Positions 28,699 through 39,415 of a stretch of 64,000 nucleotides of DNA are shown here, one piece after another. Origin of the DNA: an uncultured Alphaproteobacteria bacterium (GTDB lineage: Bacteria; Pseudomonadota; Alphaproteobacteria; Rs-D84); the NCBI GenBank assembly GCA_949082785.1, contig CARVLU010000003.1:9133-73132 (forward strand). Reading direction: 5' to 3'. The notes beneath the pieces were generated by a model. The model saw only the letters and a list, made by a program, of their open reading frames with translations, searched no databases and was not told where the DNA came from. Position 1 is the first letter of the stretch. Every line of letters starts with the position of its first letter. The position numbers and the translations under genes were made by a program.

Positions 28699-30577
28699 CG
28701 GCAGATTTTTTTTGTCTGCGCACGTTTTTCTTGGGCGCGGTTGTTTTTTTACGCCCCAGAACGATTTCGCGGATTTCTTCGCCGGTCAAGGTTTCGCGTT
28801 TCAGCAATTCATTGGCCAATTTTTCAACCGTCGCACGGTTTTTCCGCAGATAATTTGCAGCATCGCGATGCGCCGTATCCAGCCAGTCGCGAATTTCCCC
28901 ATCGACCAATTCGGCGGTTTTTTCGGACGCATTTTCCAGTGCACTGCGGGCGTTGAACGTGCCAACCTGGTTAATCGCGGCCAATCCAACGCGCGGCGAC
29001 AGCCCCGCGACCGTAATTGAATAACGCGCCAAACGGGTGGCCGATGCGATATCGCTTTCGGCGCCGGTGGTGATTTTGTCCGCGCCAAAGAAAATTTCTT
29101 CGGCGGCGCGCCCCGCCAGGGCAACTGCCAGATTGGCACGAACCTCGGCCAGGGTCATGGACACCTTGTCATCGATGGGCAAATGCTGCACCATCCCCAA
29201 CGCACGGCCACGTGGGATAATCGTCGCCTTGTGTATGGGGTCGGTGACATCGGCATACATCATGCTGACGAATGCGTGACCGGCTTCGTGATAGGCGGTC
29301 AACTTGATATCTTCGGGTCGCATTTTGCGAACCTTGCGCGGGCCCATCAGGATTTTATCACGCGCTTCTTCGACGTCGATGGGTTCGACCGCCGCGCGGC
29401 CGCCACGAACCGCATGCAGGGCCGCTTCGTTCAACAGGTTTTCCAAATCCGCACCCGAAAACCCGGTGGTTCCGCGGGCCAAGTCTTGTAAATTTACGCT
29501 GTCTGCGATTTTCACCCGTTTGGAATACAAATCCAAGATTTCACGCCGTCCCGCCATGTCGGGTAATTCAATGTACACCTGGCGGTCAAAGCGGCCGGGC
29601 CGCAACAGCGCCGCGTCCAGCATATCCGGACGGTTTGTCGCCCCAATAACGATAATGCCGGTGTCGTTTGAAAACCCGTCCATTTCAATCAGCAATTGGT
29701 TCAGCGTTTGTTCGCGGTCCTGGTCATTATAAGAATGGGTACTGCGACGCTGGCCGATGGCATCAATTTCATCAATGAACAAGATGCACGGCGCGTTACG
29801 CTTTGCCATTTCAAAGATTTCTTTTATCTTGGCCACGCCCAGCCCAACGATAATCCCGGAAAAATCACTGCCCGATGCGGCAAAGAACGGCACATTTGCT
29901 TCGCCGGCAATGGCCCGGGCCAGCAATGTTTTCCCCGTCCCCGGTTCCCCCGACAACAGCACCCCACGCGGCACGCGGGCACCGACGGATTTAAACTTGT
30001 CCTTGTTCTTTAAGAAATCGACGATTTCCATCAATTCTTGTTTTTCAGAATCAATGCCGGCAACGTCTTTGAATGTGGTCTTGGTTTTACCGGTGGTGAT
30101 TTTGGTCGGATTCTGGCTGACCAGACTGCGCGACAGGCCGCCCGGCCCACCCCGCATCCCGCGCAGTAACCACCAGATAAACAATCCCCCCATCAAAATC
30201 GGCACCCAAATCCCCAAATAATCCACCCAGGATTTGTCGTCATTAATCGACACAGTCGCCCCGGCCGCGGACAGTTTGGATAATAATTCGGGATCATACG
30301 CAATTGTTGCGCGATATTTTGTCCCGTCACGCAGCACCCCCGTCGCGCGCGCCCCGCGGATGTCCATTGTTTTAATATCTTTTTCCCGGCGCAAGACATC
30401 CGAAAAAGACAGTTCCACCGGCGCCGGCTGTGCCCCGGGCACCGCACCAAATTTGCCCGTCATCTGGCCACCGCCCATCGGACGCAGCATCAGTGCCAAA
30501 AACAATAACCCGGCAAAGATTAAGAAAATTGATGCGCCGTCGCGCTTTGTATTTTTATTGTCGTTTTGTTTTTTCAT
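28688..30577 (-). CDS. ftsH: ATP-dependent zinc metalloprotease FtsH
   Basis: Walker [18 protein letters not shown] zinc motif; start at MKKQNDNK with AGGAAGAG SD. Confidence 0.95.
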   Translation of the reverse strand: MKKQNDNKNTKRDGASIFLIFAGLLFLALMLRPMGGGQMTGKFGAVPGAQPAPVELSFSDVLRREKDIKTMDIRGARATGVLRDGTKYRATIAYDPELLSKLSAAGATVSINDDKSWVDYLGIWVPILMGGLFIWWLLRGMRGGPGGLSRSLVSQNPTKITTGKTKTTFKDVAGIDSEKQELMEIVDFLKNKDKFKSVGARVPRGVLLSGEPGTGKTLLARAIAGEANVPFFAASGSDFSGIIVGLGVAKIKEIFEMAKRNAPCILFIDEIDAIGQRRSTHSYNDQDREQTLNQLLIEMDGFSNDTGIIVIGATNRPDMLDAALLRPGRFDRQVYIELPDMAGRREILDLYSKRVKIADSVNLQDLARGTTGFSGADLENLLNEAALHAVRGGRAAVEPIDVEEARDKILMGPRKVRKMRPEDIKLTAYHEAGHAFVSMMYADVTDPIHKATIIPRGRALGMVQHLPIDDKVSMTLAEVRANLAVALAGRAAEEIFFGADKITTGAESDIASATRLARYSITVAGLSPRVGLAAINQVGTFNARSALENASEKTAELVDGEIRDWLDTAHRDAANYLRKNRATVEKLANELLKRETLTGEEIREIVLGRKKTTAPKKNVRRQKKSADDA

Positions 30578-31532
30578 TTCTCTTCCTAAAACTTGTACTG
30601 CTTCCTTCGGCGACAATCAGGATATGGTTGCGAAACTTTCGCACCGTACAGCGCCCCAGGGTGAATTGACAGTCACTTCCCAGTTTATGTAGCGCCCGTT
30701 CCAGCGAATTCAAGCGTGGCTGATAATTGTCCCCCCCAACCCGTTGCAGTAAGTTGCCCAGCAACTTTAATCTAATATCATCCGGTTCGTCAAATAGAAA
30801 AGATTCTGGCATATATGCCGCGCGCCCGTCCATGACGGTGCGAATGCGGTCATTGACATATGATTCCATTGCCGCGCGACTGCGGCCCAAATTCTGGGTC
30901 GCCAACAAAATGCGTTCGTCTGAAATCCCCAGCATATCGCGCAACACATGGCGTCCCATGCGCATGCGCACCCGGGCAAAGCGCGTATCATCATTCATTT
31001 CATCATGAACACATTCAATCCCGCGGTCATTACAATATTTTTCCAGTTGCGCGCGCGGCACGTCCAGCAACGGGCGCACAATCATAACGCCATCGCGCAT
31101 GGACACCGGTTGCATCCCGGCCAGGCCGTACAGCCCACTGCCCCGTGCCAAATTCATCAAAAAAGTTTCGATTTGGTCGTCGGCCTGGTGCGCCACCATC
31201 AGCGTTCCAATCCCCCGCGCCCGGCAAAAATCCGTCATCAGTTTGTATCGCGCGGTGCGGGCGGCGGCTTCTACCCCGCGGGTTGGTTTATCCCCCGTCC
31301 AGTGCAATACATGGCACCCCACCCCCAGACGCCGGCACGCCCCGCGCACAACATTGGCGTCATTGTCCGCCGCCGCCCCGCGCAGCCCGTGGTTCACATG
31401 CACCGCGACAACGTCCAACCCCAATTCCACTGCCATGTGCAGCAATGCCATTGAATCCACGCCACCACTGACCGCGACGGCCAGTTTTTGACCGAAAAAC
31501 GGGCGCATAAAATACGCAAACTTTTGGTTCAT
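30555..31532 (-). CDS. tilS: tRNA(Ile)-lysidine synthetase TilS
   Basis: PP-loop SGGVDS; tilS upstream of ftsH is a conserved arrangement; alternative start at 31508. Confidence 0.9.
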   Translation of the reverse strand: MNQKFAYFMRPFFGQKLAVAVSGGVDSMALLHMAVELGLDVVAVHVNHGLRGAAADNDANVVRGACRRLGVGCHVLHWTGDKPTRGVEAAARTARYKLMTDFCRARGIGTLMVAHQADDQIETFLMNLARGSGLYGLAGMQPVSMRDGVMIVRPLLDVPRAQLEKYCNDRGIECVHDEMNDDTRFARVRMRMGRHVLRDMLGISDERILLATQNLGRSRAAMESYVNDRIRTVMDGRAAYMPESFLFDEPDDIRLKLLGNLLQRVGGDNYQPRLNSLERALHKLGSDCQFTLGRCTVRKFRNHILIVAEGSSTSFRKRNEKTKRQ

Positions 31533-31581
31533 AACGGGTTTATTTTATGCTATAATTCGCAAAAATAAAGGAAAATGTAGC

Positions 31582-32148
31582 ATGACAAAACCGATTAAAT
31601 CCATTGCCGTGTACTGTGGCCATGAATTTGGTAATAACCCACAATTTGCCCGCGATGCGGCCCGGGTCGGCGAATTATTGGCCCGGAATAAATTTCGTAT
31701 GGTCTTTGGGGGGGGCAACGTTGGTCTGATGGGCGAATGCGCGACCGCCGCCATCCGCAACGGGGGCGATGTTATCGGGGTATCCACCCATCATGTGGTC
31801 GCCCTGCAAGAACCCGCCCACGAAGACGTCGCCGTGGAAATCGTTGACGGCGTCAATGAACGCAAGCAAAAGATGTTCGACGCATCGGATGCCTTTATCA
31901 TTTTGCCGGGCGGGATTGGAACACTGAACGAATTGACCGACGTTATGACCATGCAACAGATTGGGGAAACGAAAAAGCCGCTGTTCTTTTTAAACACGGC
32001 GCGTTTCTGGGGCATTTTCGGCCGCGTGTTGGTGCACATGCAACACAACGGATTTATCGAAAGCATGAAAGATTACGACATCACCGTCGCCAACACGCCC
32101 GATGAATTGATTGACAAAATCTTAAAAAGAAATCAGTTTGTCGCGTGA
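31582..32148 (+). CDS. LOG family protein (cytokinin riboside 5'-monophosphate phosphoribohydrolase-like)
   Basis: GGGNVGLMG and PGGIGTLNE motifs. Confidence 0.85.
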   Translation: MTKPIKSIAVYCGHEFGNNPQFARDAARVGELLARNKFRMVFGGGNVGLMGECATAAIRNGGDVIGVSTHHVVALQEPAHEDVAVEIVDGVNERKQKMFDASDAFIILPGGIGTLNELTDVMTMQQIGETKKPLFFLNTARFWGIFGRVLVHMQHNGFIESMKDYDITVANTPDELIDKILKRNQFVA

Positions 32149-32343
32149 TGCGGCGCCGCGAATGATTTGAATTTGTGATTTTGGCACGTCATAATGGCGT
32201 GCCAATAATTTTATGACGGCCGCATTGGCATCGCCGTCGGCGGGCGCCGCGGTTGTGTGAACACGCACCGTGCCGTCATCGGCCACATCCACACGGTCGA
32301 ATTTGGCGCGCGGGATAACGCGGACATTTATTCGCACAGACAT
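32122..32343 (-). CDS. DUF167 (YggU) family protein
   Basis: 73 aa; VRVHTTAAPADGDANAAVIKLLA...SQIQIIRGAASRDKLI matches YggU pattern. Confidence 0.7.
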   Translation of the reverse strand: MSVRINVRVIPRAKFDRVDVADDGTVRVHTTAAPADGDANAAVIKLLARHYDVPKSQIQIIRGAASRDKLISF

Positions 32344-32708
32344 TTCACCATTTCCCGTAATTCATCGTGCCGGTCCCCCGCCATCAGGTGCAGATGGAAA
32401 TGAAACACCGACTGTTTAAACAACGGGGCATCCACGCCGGCATTGGCCAAAATGTTAAAATCGGCCGTCACCCCCAAAATTTCCGCCGTTTTGGCAAAGC
32501 ATTCCCAAAATCCCGCCTGGACCGCGGCCGGGGCGCGCTGCACAAAATCCAGGACGTTTTCATATTCCCCCTTTGGGATAATCAGGGCGTGCGTCGCGCA
32601 CATCGGTTCGATATCATGGAACGACATGGCGTAATCGTTTTCATAAATCTTGTTACATGGGATTTCCCCGCGAATAATCTTGGCAAAGACATTGTCTGAA
32701 TTATACAT
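32328..32708 (-). CDS. HIT family hydrolase
   Basis: histidine triad HFHLHLM. Confidence 0.85.
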   Translation of the reverse strand: MYNSDNVFAKIIRGEIPCNKIYENDYAMSFHDIEPMCATHALIIPKGEYENVLDFVQRAPAAVQAGFWECFAKTAEILGVTADFNILANAGVDAPLFKQSVFHFHLHLMAGDRHDELREMVKCLCE

Positions 32709-32776
32709 TTGAAACCCCCGGCTGAATTAATGTGATATTTTCTTTACAATAAACAAAGCCCCGTATAAAATCAAGG

Positions 32777-32808
32777 CTTGAAATAACAACAACAGTTAAT
32801 TATATCCC
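32777..32808 (+). promoter_or_regulatory. possible RpoH (sigma32)-type heat-shock promoter upstream of groES (CTTGAAA-N16-TTATATCC)
   Basis: CTTGAAA -35-like element and CC-containing -10-like element; no CIRCE inverted repeat present. Confidence 0.3.
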
Positions 32809-32827
32809 GCTGTGGAGGAGGAAACAC

Positions 32828-33115
32828 ATGTTCAAACCATTATATAATTATGTTCTGCTGGAACGGGTCGAAGAAGAAAACAAAACCGCCGGCGGAATCA
32901 TCATCCCCGACAATGCACGTGAAAAACCGTCCCGCGGTCGCGTAATTGCAACCGGCGATGGGGCGATGGACGGCGCCGCGCGCATTCCGATGGCGGTCGC
33001 GGTTGGAAATATCGTATTGTTTGCCAAATGGGCGTCATCCGCCAACGAAGTCAAAATTGACGGCAAAGATTATGTATTAATCAAAGAAACCGACATTCTG
33101 GGAATTTTGGAATAA
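32828..33115 (+). CDS. groES: co-chaperonin GroES
   Basis: 95 aa, classic GroES sequence, GGAGG SD. Confidence 0.95.
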   Translation: MFKPLYNYVLLERVEEENKTAGGIIIPDNAREKPSRGRVIATGDGAMDGAARIPMAVAVGNIVLFAKWASSANEVKIDGKDYVLIKETDILGILE

Positions 33116-33129
33116 CAAAGGATTAAACG

Positions 33130-34746
33130 ATGGCAAAAGAAATCGTATTTGATACAGACAAACTGGCCGCGGGCGTTGATAAATTGGCCAACGCGGTAAA
33201 AATCACCATGGGCCCCAAGGGACGCACGGTCGTGATTGAAAAATCTTATGGTGCTCCTGTCGCGACCAAGGACGGCGTGACGGTCGCCAAAGAAGTTTCT
33301 TTGAAAGACCCGATTGAAAACGTTGGTGCCCGCATGGTCCAAGAAGTCGCAAAAAAGGCCGGTGACAAAGCCGGCGACGGCACCACAACCGCGACCGTTT
33401 TGGCCCAAAAATTAATCCGCGAAGGCCGCCGTGTCATCGCCGCCGGCATGAACCCGATGGACGTCAAACGTGGTATTGATATCGCGGTCTGCGCCGTTAT
33501 GGCCGATATTGACGCCCACGCCCGCCCGGTTAAAAACAGCGCCGAAATCGCCCAGGTCGCGACCATTTCCGCCAATTCCGACCGCGATATTGGTGAAAAA
33601 ATTGCGGGCGCCATGGAACGCGTCGGCAAAGAAGGCGTTATCACCGTCGAAGAAGCCAAGGGGCTGGACACGGAAATCGACGTCGTCGAAGGCATGCAGT
33701 TCGACCAGGGCTTTATGTCCCCGTATTTTGTCACCAACAGTGAAAAAATGCTGGCGGAATTGGACGGCGCACAAATCTTGGTTTCTGAAAAGAAAATCAC
33801 CGGGTTGCAGGCGCTGTTGCCGATTTTGGAACCGATTGCGCAATCGGGCCGCCCGCTGTTGATTATCGCCGAAGATGTCGAATCCGAAGCGTTGGCGACA
33901 CTGGTACTGAACCGTCTGCGCGGGGGACTGAAAGTCTGCGCGGTCAAAGCGCCCGGATTTGGCGACCGCCGCAAAGAAATGTTAAAAGATATCGCCATCG
34001 TCACCGGCGCAACCATCATTTCTGATGATATGGGCATGACGCTGGAAAACATCACACCGGCCGTCCTGGGCAGTGCGAAAAAGGTCGTCGTCAGCAAAGA
34101 CGCCACACTGTTGGTGGATGGCGCGGGCGACAAATCGGCCATCGCCGCACGTGCGGACGAAATCCGCCGTCTGTTGGCCGACGCCACCAGCGAATATGAC
34201 CGCGAAAAATTGTCGGAACGTTTGGCCAAACTGGTCGGCGGCGTTGCCGTGATTAAGGTTGGCGGAATGACCGAATTGGAAGTAAAAGAAAAGAAAGACC
34301 GCGTCGATGACGCATTGGCCGCAACACGCGCCGCGGTCGCGGACGGCATTGTTGCCGGTGGTGGAATTGCCCTGGTGCGGGCGGTACGCGCATTGGAAAA
34401 ATTGACCGGCGCCAACACCGACCAAAACGTCGGGATTGACATTGTCCGCCGCGCCATTGTCGCCCCGTGCGCCCAGATTGCCGAAAACGCGGGCGTGTCC
34501 GGCGAAATCGTTGTGGGCAAAGTTATGGAAGCCAAAGATTACAATTTTGGTTACAACGCCCAGACCGGCGAATATGTTGACATGATGCAGGCGGGCATTA
34601 TCGACCCGGCCAAGGTGGTAAAAACCGCCATCCAGGCCGCGGCCAGCACCGCCGGTGTATTATTGACAACCGGGGCAGTTATGTCGGAAATCCCCGAAGA
34701 AAAACCGGCCGCCCCGCAAATGGGCGCCATGCCGGGCATGATGTAA
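33130..34746 (+). CDS. groEL: chaperonin GroEL
   Basis: 538 aa, canonical GroEL incl. C-terminal GM-rich tail. Confidence 0.97.
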   Translation: MAKEIVFDTDKLAAGVDKLANAVKITMGPKGRTVVIEKSYGAPVATKDGVTVAKEVSLKDPIENVGARMVQEVAKKAGDKAGDGTTTATVLAQKLIREGRRVIAAGMNPMDVKRGIDIAVCAVMADIDAHARPVKNSAEIAQVATISANSDRDIGEKIAGAMERVGKEGVITVEEAKGLDTEIDVVEGMQFDQGFMSPYFVTNSEKMLAELDGAQILVSEKKITGLQALLPILEPIAQSGRPLLIIAEDVESEALATLVLNRLRGGLKVCAVKAPGFGDRRKEMLKDIAIVTGATIISDDMGMTLENITPAVLGSAKKVVVSKDATLLVDGAGDKSAIAARADEIRRLLADATSEYDREKLSERLAKLVGGVAVIKVGGMTELEVKEKKDRVDDALAATRAAVADGIVAGGGIALVRAVRALEKLTGANTDQNVGIDIVRRAIVAPCAQIAENAGVSGEIVVGKVMEAKDYNFGYNAQTGEYVDMMQAGIIDPAKVVKTAIQAAASTAGVLLTTGAVMSEIPEEKPAAPQMGAMPGMM

Positions 34747-34764
34747 TCGAAAATATTCGTCATG

Positions 34765-34793
34765 AAAAAACCGCCCCATTCGGGGCGGTTTTT
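34765..34793. terminator. bidirectional rho-independent terminator
   Basis: AAAAAACCGCCCCATTCGGGGCGGTTTTT. Confidence 0.9.
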
Positions 34794-34804
34794 AATCATC
34801 CAAT

Positions 34805-35542
34805 TTAACGGCCGCGTTCCAAAAATGACGTGAACGTGACAATGCGATTTAATTCGCGTTCAATACGCTGGGCGGTGAACGGACTGACGCCGCGGTCCAC
34901 GTGAATTCGGCGTTCACCGTTATGCGCCAATCCATATCCGCGAATTTGTCCCGCATCATCCACATACACAACCCCAGGCTGATGATGACGATTAATAATC
35001 GATGAATCAAATTCCATTTCGTACCCACGTGAGATTTGACCGCACACGCGCGAAACCGCCCCCATGGTTCGAAACACAGGCAACACCTGGCAACGCCCCG
35101 CCCCGTGGATATTTTTGATATATTTGTTGGTTTTATACGGCGACGTGTAACCATGCCGGCGATAGAAATTTTCGGCCCGCGGCAACGCCACCAAATCGAC
35201 CCATTTTGCACCGATTGTGGCGGCCGTTTCCGCCTGGTGCAATAACCGGCCACCGATGCGCGCGGATTGATAATCCGGCAATACGTACAGGCAATTTATT
35301 GTCGCCTGTTGCTTTTGAATGGTGCCCTGGACGAATCCGACCATATCGCCCCCATCCCACGCGCCAAATGCAAAGCTGTACGGTAATTCCACCGCCAGCG
35401 TTTTGTAAAATTCACGCGCCACATCATCGGACCACGCATTGGGCCCCAAATCACGAACCGCGGCACCGCGAATACGTGAAAAATCGTCCCAGATGCCGGG
35501 CGTACGTTGATTAAAAATGGGATAAACATTAACGTCTGTCAT
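34805..35542 (-). CDS. GNAT family N-acetyltransferase with C-terminal extension
   Basis: acetyl-CoA binding-like block LYVLPDYQSARIGGRLLHQAE; start at MTDVNVYP. Confidence 0.65.
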   Translation of the reverse strand: MTDVNVYPIFNQRTPGIWDDFSRIRGAAVRDLGPNAWSDDVAREFYKTLAVELPYSFAFGAWDGGDMVGFVQGTIQKQQATINCLYVLPDYQSARIGGRLLHQAETAATIGAKWVDLVALPRAENFYRRHGYTSPYKTNKYIKNIHGAGRCQVLPVFRTMGAVSRVCGQISRGYEMEFDSSIINRHHQPGVVYVDDAGQIRGYGLAHNGERRIHVDRGVSPFTAQRIERELNRIVTFTSFLERGR

Positions 35543-35668
35543 ACTTTTATATATAATACAAATTTTCACTTTGTCAATACAGTATCATGAAATAAATCCG
35601 CCACCGCCCGCCCCGCGATGGATAAAATCTGTTTTTATTGCATCCGCATTTGTGATATAATACGGGAC

Positions 35669-36646
35669 ATGAAATTAAAATCGATTTTTATTTTTTCCGT
35701 GTTATCCGCGCTGGCAACCGGTGGCGCACATGCCAATTGGCAATATGACGGCGAATTTGTCCGCGACGGCTGGTACGTTGACGATGGGTCGCGCTTTACC
35801 ATATCGGTCCGCGGCGGCGCATCCATGGGCTTTGGTTCGATTAAAAACGAAGTTGGATCCATGACCAGCGAATATTACTATAACCCGAATGACGGGATGG
35901 TGATATCCGCGGCGTACTATGACGCGTGCCAGGAAAATGGCGCATGCGAAAATTTTGTATATGCCGGGATTGGCGAATTATCCGAATTGCCCGCGTCCCA
36001 GGATTATGAATCTTTTTCATTCGCGGCCGGGGCCAGCATTGGCTGGACCATTCCGAACGCCCCGCAATGGCGTCTGGAATTGGGATGGGACCACATCGCG
36101 GAAAGCGAATATAACGCATCCCCATTGTACGAAGGGGACATGCCCCTGACCGGTGGCAACATCGACGGCATCACCGTGCATGTGCAAAGTGGCGGCGTCC
36201 ATTCCAATGTTTCCGCCGATATCATCAGTGCGATGGCATTCTATGATTTCTTTGACGGGGTCCAGAAACCGACCCGCCATGTGATTCCCTATGTCGGATT
36301 TGGGATTGGGTACGCTGATACAAAAACGGTTCTGAACCTGTCCGATTTGTATGGCGATTTGTCGTTGTCGGTGGATTTACAGAACTTTGGTGAATTGGAC
36401 AAATACAACGTGTTGCAATTTTATAAATCTGAAAAAAGTAATTCGTCCATCGCGGGTCTGGTCGCGGTCGGATTGTCTTATGGAATTACGGAAACACTGT
36501 TTTTGGATTTTGGCGCACGCATCACCTATGTGCCCAAGGTAAAGTGGTCCCTGACCAACCAAGACGGCAGTCGTGACCGCGATTGGTTCAGCGCCGAAAA
36601 CGTCATCTGGGCCAATGTTATGTTGGGACTGCGTTTCGAATTTTAA
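35669..36646 (+). CDS. outer membrane beta-barrel protein (porin-like)
   Basis: signal peptide MKLKSIFIFSVLSALATGGAHA, C-terminal LGLRFEF. Confidence 0.7.
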   Translation: MKLKSIFIFSVLSALATGGAHANWQYDGEFVRDGWYVDDGSRFTISVRGGASMGFGSIKNEVGSMTSEYYYNPNDGMVISAAYYDACQENGACENFVYAGIGELSELPASQDYESFSFAAGASIGWTIPNAPQWRLELGWDHIAESEYNASPLYEGDMPLTGGNIDGITVHVQSGGVHSNVSADIISAMAFYDFFDGVQKPTRHVIPYVGFGIGYADTKTVLNLSDLYGDLSLSVDLQNFGELDKYNVLQFYKSEKSNSSIAGLVAVGLSYGITETLFLDFGARITYVPKVKWSLTNQDGSRDRDWFSAENVIWANVMLGLRFEF

Positions 36647-36677
36647 AAAATTTTTCCCGGTTTTCCGGGATTTTTTA
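36645..36677 (+). terminator. rho-independent terminator
   Basis: CCCGGTTTTCCGGGATTTTTT. Confidence 0.8.
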
Positions 36678-36734
36678 TTGTCTGTGAAATGGTTCTTATG
36701 GTATGGGACGGGGCCGGCGCGGCATAATTGAATT

Positions 36735-37826
36735 ATGTTACGCAAAAACCTTTTTTCCTTGTTACTGGTGGGTGGTGTCGCAATGGCACATCCCCACATC
36801 GCCAATGCCTGTACCGGCATTACATTAACCCCAAAAGATAAATCTGTCGTCGTTGCCCGCACCATCGAATGGTCCGGCAGTGAAATGAAATCAGATTACG
36901 TCATCGTCCCCCAGGGATACACACAAAAATCCTTTGTCCCGGGCGGGGAAAAAGACGGTCTGGAATTTTCCGCACGATACGGATATGTCGGCCTGGCGGT
37001 GGTCGAACCCGAATACATTGTCGAAGGCTTGAACGAAGCCGGCCTGTCTGCGGGTCTGTTTTATTTCCCGGGATACGGTCAATACGAAGCCTATGACCCG
37101 GCCGACAATGCGACCACCATTTCCGATTTCCAATTGGTGTCGTGGATGCTGTCCCGGTTTTCCACCATCGACCAAATCCAAGATGCCATCCGCGATGTCC
37201 GCGTTGTCGGAATTGACCCGCGGGCATCAACCGTGCATTGGCGCATCGCCGACATGACCGGCCGCCAGGTGGTTCTGGAAATCGTCGATGGCGTTCCGCA
37301 TTTCTATGAAAACACGCTGGGCGTGTTAACCAACGCCCCCGGGTTCGAATGGCAGATGACCAATTTAAATAACTATGTCAATCTGACACCTGGCACCGCG
37401 GGGCCGACCGATATACGCAATCTGCGGATGAAATCATTTGGCGGCGGCAGTGGCATGTTGGGACTGCCGGGGGACGTAACCCCGCCGTCGCGCTTTGTCC
37501 GCGCCGCGTTCTATGCTGCAACCGCCATCCCCCAGGACACCGCATACGGCGCCGTGATGCAGGCATTTCACATCCTGAACAACTTTGACGTGCCGTTGGG
37601 CACCCAATACCCCATTGACCAGGTGCCCACCCCAATGCCCAGCGCGACGCAATTTACATCCGCAACCGATATGACAAACCAGATTTTGTATTATCGCACA
37701 ATGTACAACAGCGTTATTCGCGCCATCGATTTGTCTAAAATCAATTTCAGCGATGTTAAATACCAGGTGCACCCCATGGACGCCATCCGGGAACAAACGG
37801 TCATTAATATCCAACCGGACGCATAA
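36735..37826 (+). CDS. choloylglycine hydrolase / penicillin V acylase family Ntn-hydrolase (paralogue 1)
   Basis: signal peptide then nucleophile Cys (ANA-CTGITL); ~65% identical to 39416..40498. Confidence 0.8.
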   Translation: MLRKNLFSLLLVGGVAMAHPHIANACTGITLTPKDKSVVVARTIEWSGSEMKSDYVIVPQGYTQKSFVPGGEKDGLEFSARYGYVGLAVVEPEYIVEGLNEAGLSAGLFYFPGYGQYEAYDPADNATTISDFQLVSWMLSRFSTIDQIQDAIRDVRVVGIDPRASTVHWRIADMTGRQVVLEIVDGVPHFYENTLGVLTNAPGFEWQMTNLNNYVNLTPGTAGPTDIRNLRMKSFGGGSGMLGLPGDVTPPSRFVRAAFYAATAIPQDTAYGAVMQAFHILNNFDVPLGTQYPIDQVPTPMPSATQFTSATDMTNQILYYRTMYNSVIRAIDLSKINFSDVKYQVHPMDAIREQTVINIQPDA

Positions 37827-37855
37827 CAAACGCCCCCACTCGGGGCGTTTTTTTA
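37826..37855 (+). terminator. rho-independent terminator
   Basis: AAACGCCCCCACTCGGGGCGTTTTTTT. Confidence 0.85.
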
Positions 37856-37892
37856 AACTTGCAATTTGATACCCGTGCGCTAAGGTGCCGGT

Positions 37893-38681
37893 ATGACCAC
37901 AGAAAAGATTCTTATTTATGACGACCTGGGGGCGGGCGACACAAAAATCCTGGTGCGGGAAATGGCGGATTATTTCACGCCACGCGGGGTAAAAATCGAT
38001 ATGACCAACGCCCATGACATCACCCGGCGCCACGCATTGAATCGCCGTATTTTGGCGCTGGTGATGCCGGGCGGCCGTGCCATGGGGTACCAGCAACGGT
38101 TAAACCCGCGTGGGAACCAAATTATCACCGACTGGGTCCGCGGGGGCGGCACATACTTTGGCATTTGCGCGGGCGCGTATTATTCGGCACGGCACGTTAT
38201 TTTCGAACCGGACATCCCCGAATTAACTGTGCGGCAAGACGGCACACTGAAACTGGTGTCGGCAAACGCGATTGGCACATTGCACCGCGAATTGGATATC
38301 GCGCCATACCGCGCGGATACCCAATCAATGGCCGCGCCACAAATTGAATGGACGGCCGACGCACGGCTGCACATATCGTATTATCATGGGGGCCCATATT
38401 TCGAACCGACGGGCCACGATAAAAATTTAACAACATTGGCCGTGTACGCACTGGACACCGGCGACAAACCGGCCATTGTCCGCCAAACGGTCGGTAACGG
38501 CCGCGTTATTGCATCCGGGGTACATGTGGAAGTGTCCGGCCCCGCCCTGGCCGGGACATTTGCCCAACCGACCGACATTGACGCAAACGCGCGCCACGTG
38601 GCCCACACATTGCATCAATATGAATCATACCGCAAATCATTGTTTGACAAAGTCATGGCGGAAATCGCCCCAGAAAAATAA
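37893..38681 (+). CDS. class I glutamine amidotransferase-like / BPL_N-like domain protein
   Basis: ALVMPGGRAMGY ... GGGTYFGICAGAYY motif typical of BPL_N GATase-like fold. Confidence 0.6.
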   Translation: MTTEKILIYDDLGAGDTKILVREMADYFTPRGVKIDMTNAHDITRRHALNRRILALVMPGGRAMGYQQRLNPRGNQIITDWVRGGGTYFGICAGAYYSARHVIFEPDIPELTVRQDGTLKLVSANAIGTLHRELDIAPYRADTQSMAAPQIEWTADARLHISYYHGGPYFEPTGHDKNLTTLAVYALDTGDKPAIVRQTVGNGRVIASGVHVEVSGPALAGTFAQPTDIDANARHVAHTLHQYESYRKSLFDKVMAEIAPEK

Positions 38682-38785
38682 GATAAAATAAAAAAAGAAA
38701 GGCAGATAAAAATCTGCCTTTTTGGTTGGGTGATTTCATTTTATCACGCCCCCACCCGCCCCGCAATAGGAACGAATTTCCATAT

Positions 38786-39211
38786 CTATTCAATAACAAC
38801 AGTCTTGGGGGCATTATCAAAATTGATATTATTACCCATGGCGGACAACATATCCGTGTAATCATAGACACCTGTGGGCTTTTTATCGCCGGCGGGCACC
38901 GGGCGCGCATAATTGATATACGTTTTTTTGTGCCCGGACATATTTTTGTCTGCGCCAAAGGTTATGATGGTAAATTCATCACTAGAAACCCATTCTTTAC
39001 TGCCGTAAACCAGGTTACTTTTTCTGTAATACCACGATTCTGTACCGTTTTTGTTTATAATTTTATTATACGGTTCCCCGAATGCATCCAAGACGCGATT
39101 CTGGCTGATTTGTTCATGCCGATATGAATCCACAATTTTGCGTTTATCGGACGCACACCCACAAAACATCAAACACACGGACAGTAAAAACATATTCTTT
39201 ATGATATTCAT
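38786..39211 (-). CDS. hypothetical lipoprotein (AT-rich gene)
   Basis: MNIIKNMFLLSVCLMFCGCAS lipobox; markedly lower GC than neighbours. Confidence 0.55.
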   Translation of the reverse strand: MNIIKNMFLLSVCLMFCGCASDKRKIVDSYRHEQISQNRVLDAFGEPYNKIINKNGTESWYYRKSNLVYGSKEWVSSDEFTIITFGADKNMSGHKKTYINYARPVPAGDKKPTGVYDYTDMLSAMGNNINFDNAPKTVVIE

Positions 39212-39242
39212 TTTGTATCCCCAATATTTGAACAATCCATCG

Positions 39243-39278
39243 CCCAAAAACCAAAATTTAAACGCCCATACAGGGCGT
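39243..39278 (-). terminator. terminator downstream of tRNA-Gln
   Basis: ACGCCC-ATACA-GGGCGT hairpin followed by T-rich tract on minus strand. Confidence 0.6.
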
Positions 39279-39287
39279 TTGAATTCT

Positions 39288-39361
39288 TGGTTGGGGCAGC
39301 TGGATTCGAACCAACACTGACGGAGTCAGAGTCCGGAGTTCTACCGTTAAACTATGCCCCA
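39288..39361 (-). tRNA. tRNA-Gln (anticodon CUG)
   Basis: acceptor TGGGGCA/TGCCCCA, anticodon loop CTCTGAC, T-loop TTCGAAT, encoded CCA. Confidence 0.8.
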
Positions 39362-39415
39362 AGCGCGCCCATTATATTCCCAACCCATCACAAATGCAAG
39401 CATAAAATAATTATT

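Noticed and set aside
32710-32827. CIRCE (HrcA) operator upstream of groES
   Set aside because: No TTAGCACTC-N9-GAGTGCTAA inverted repeat is present. Only a possible sigma32-like CTTGAAA element was seen.
33246-34535. 429-aa ORF antisense to groEL
   Set aside because: It lies on the opposite strand, entirely inside a canonical groEL, and has Ala/Ser/Pro/Arg-rich low-complexity composition typical of antisense frames in GC-rich DNA.
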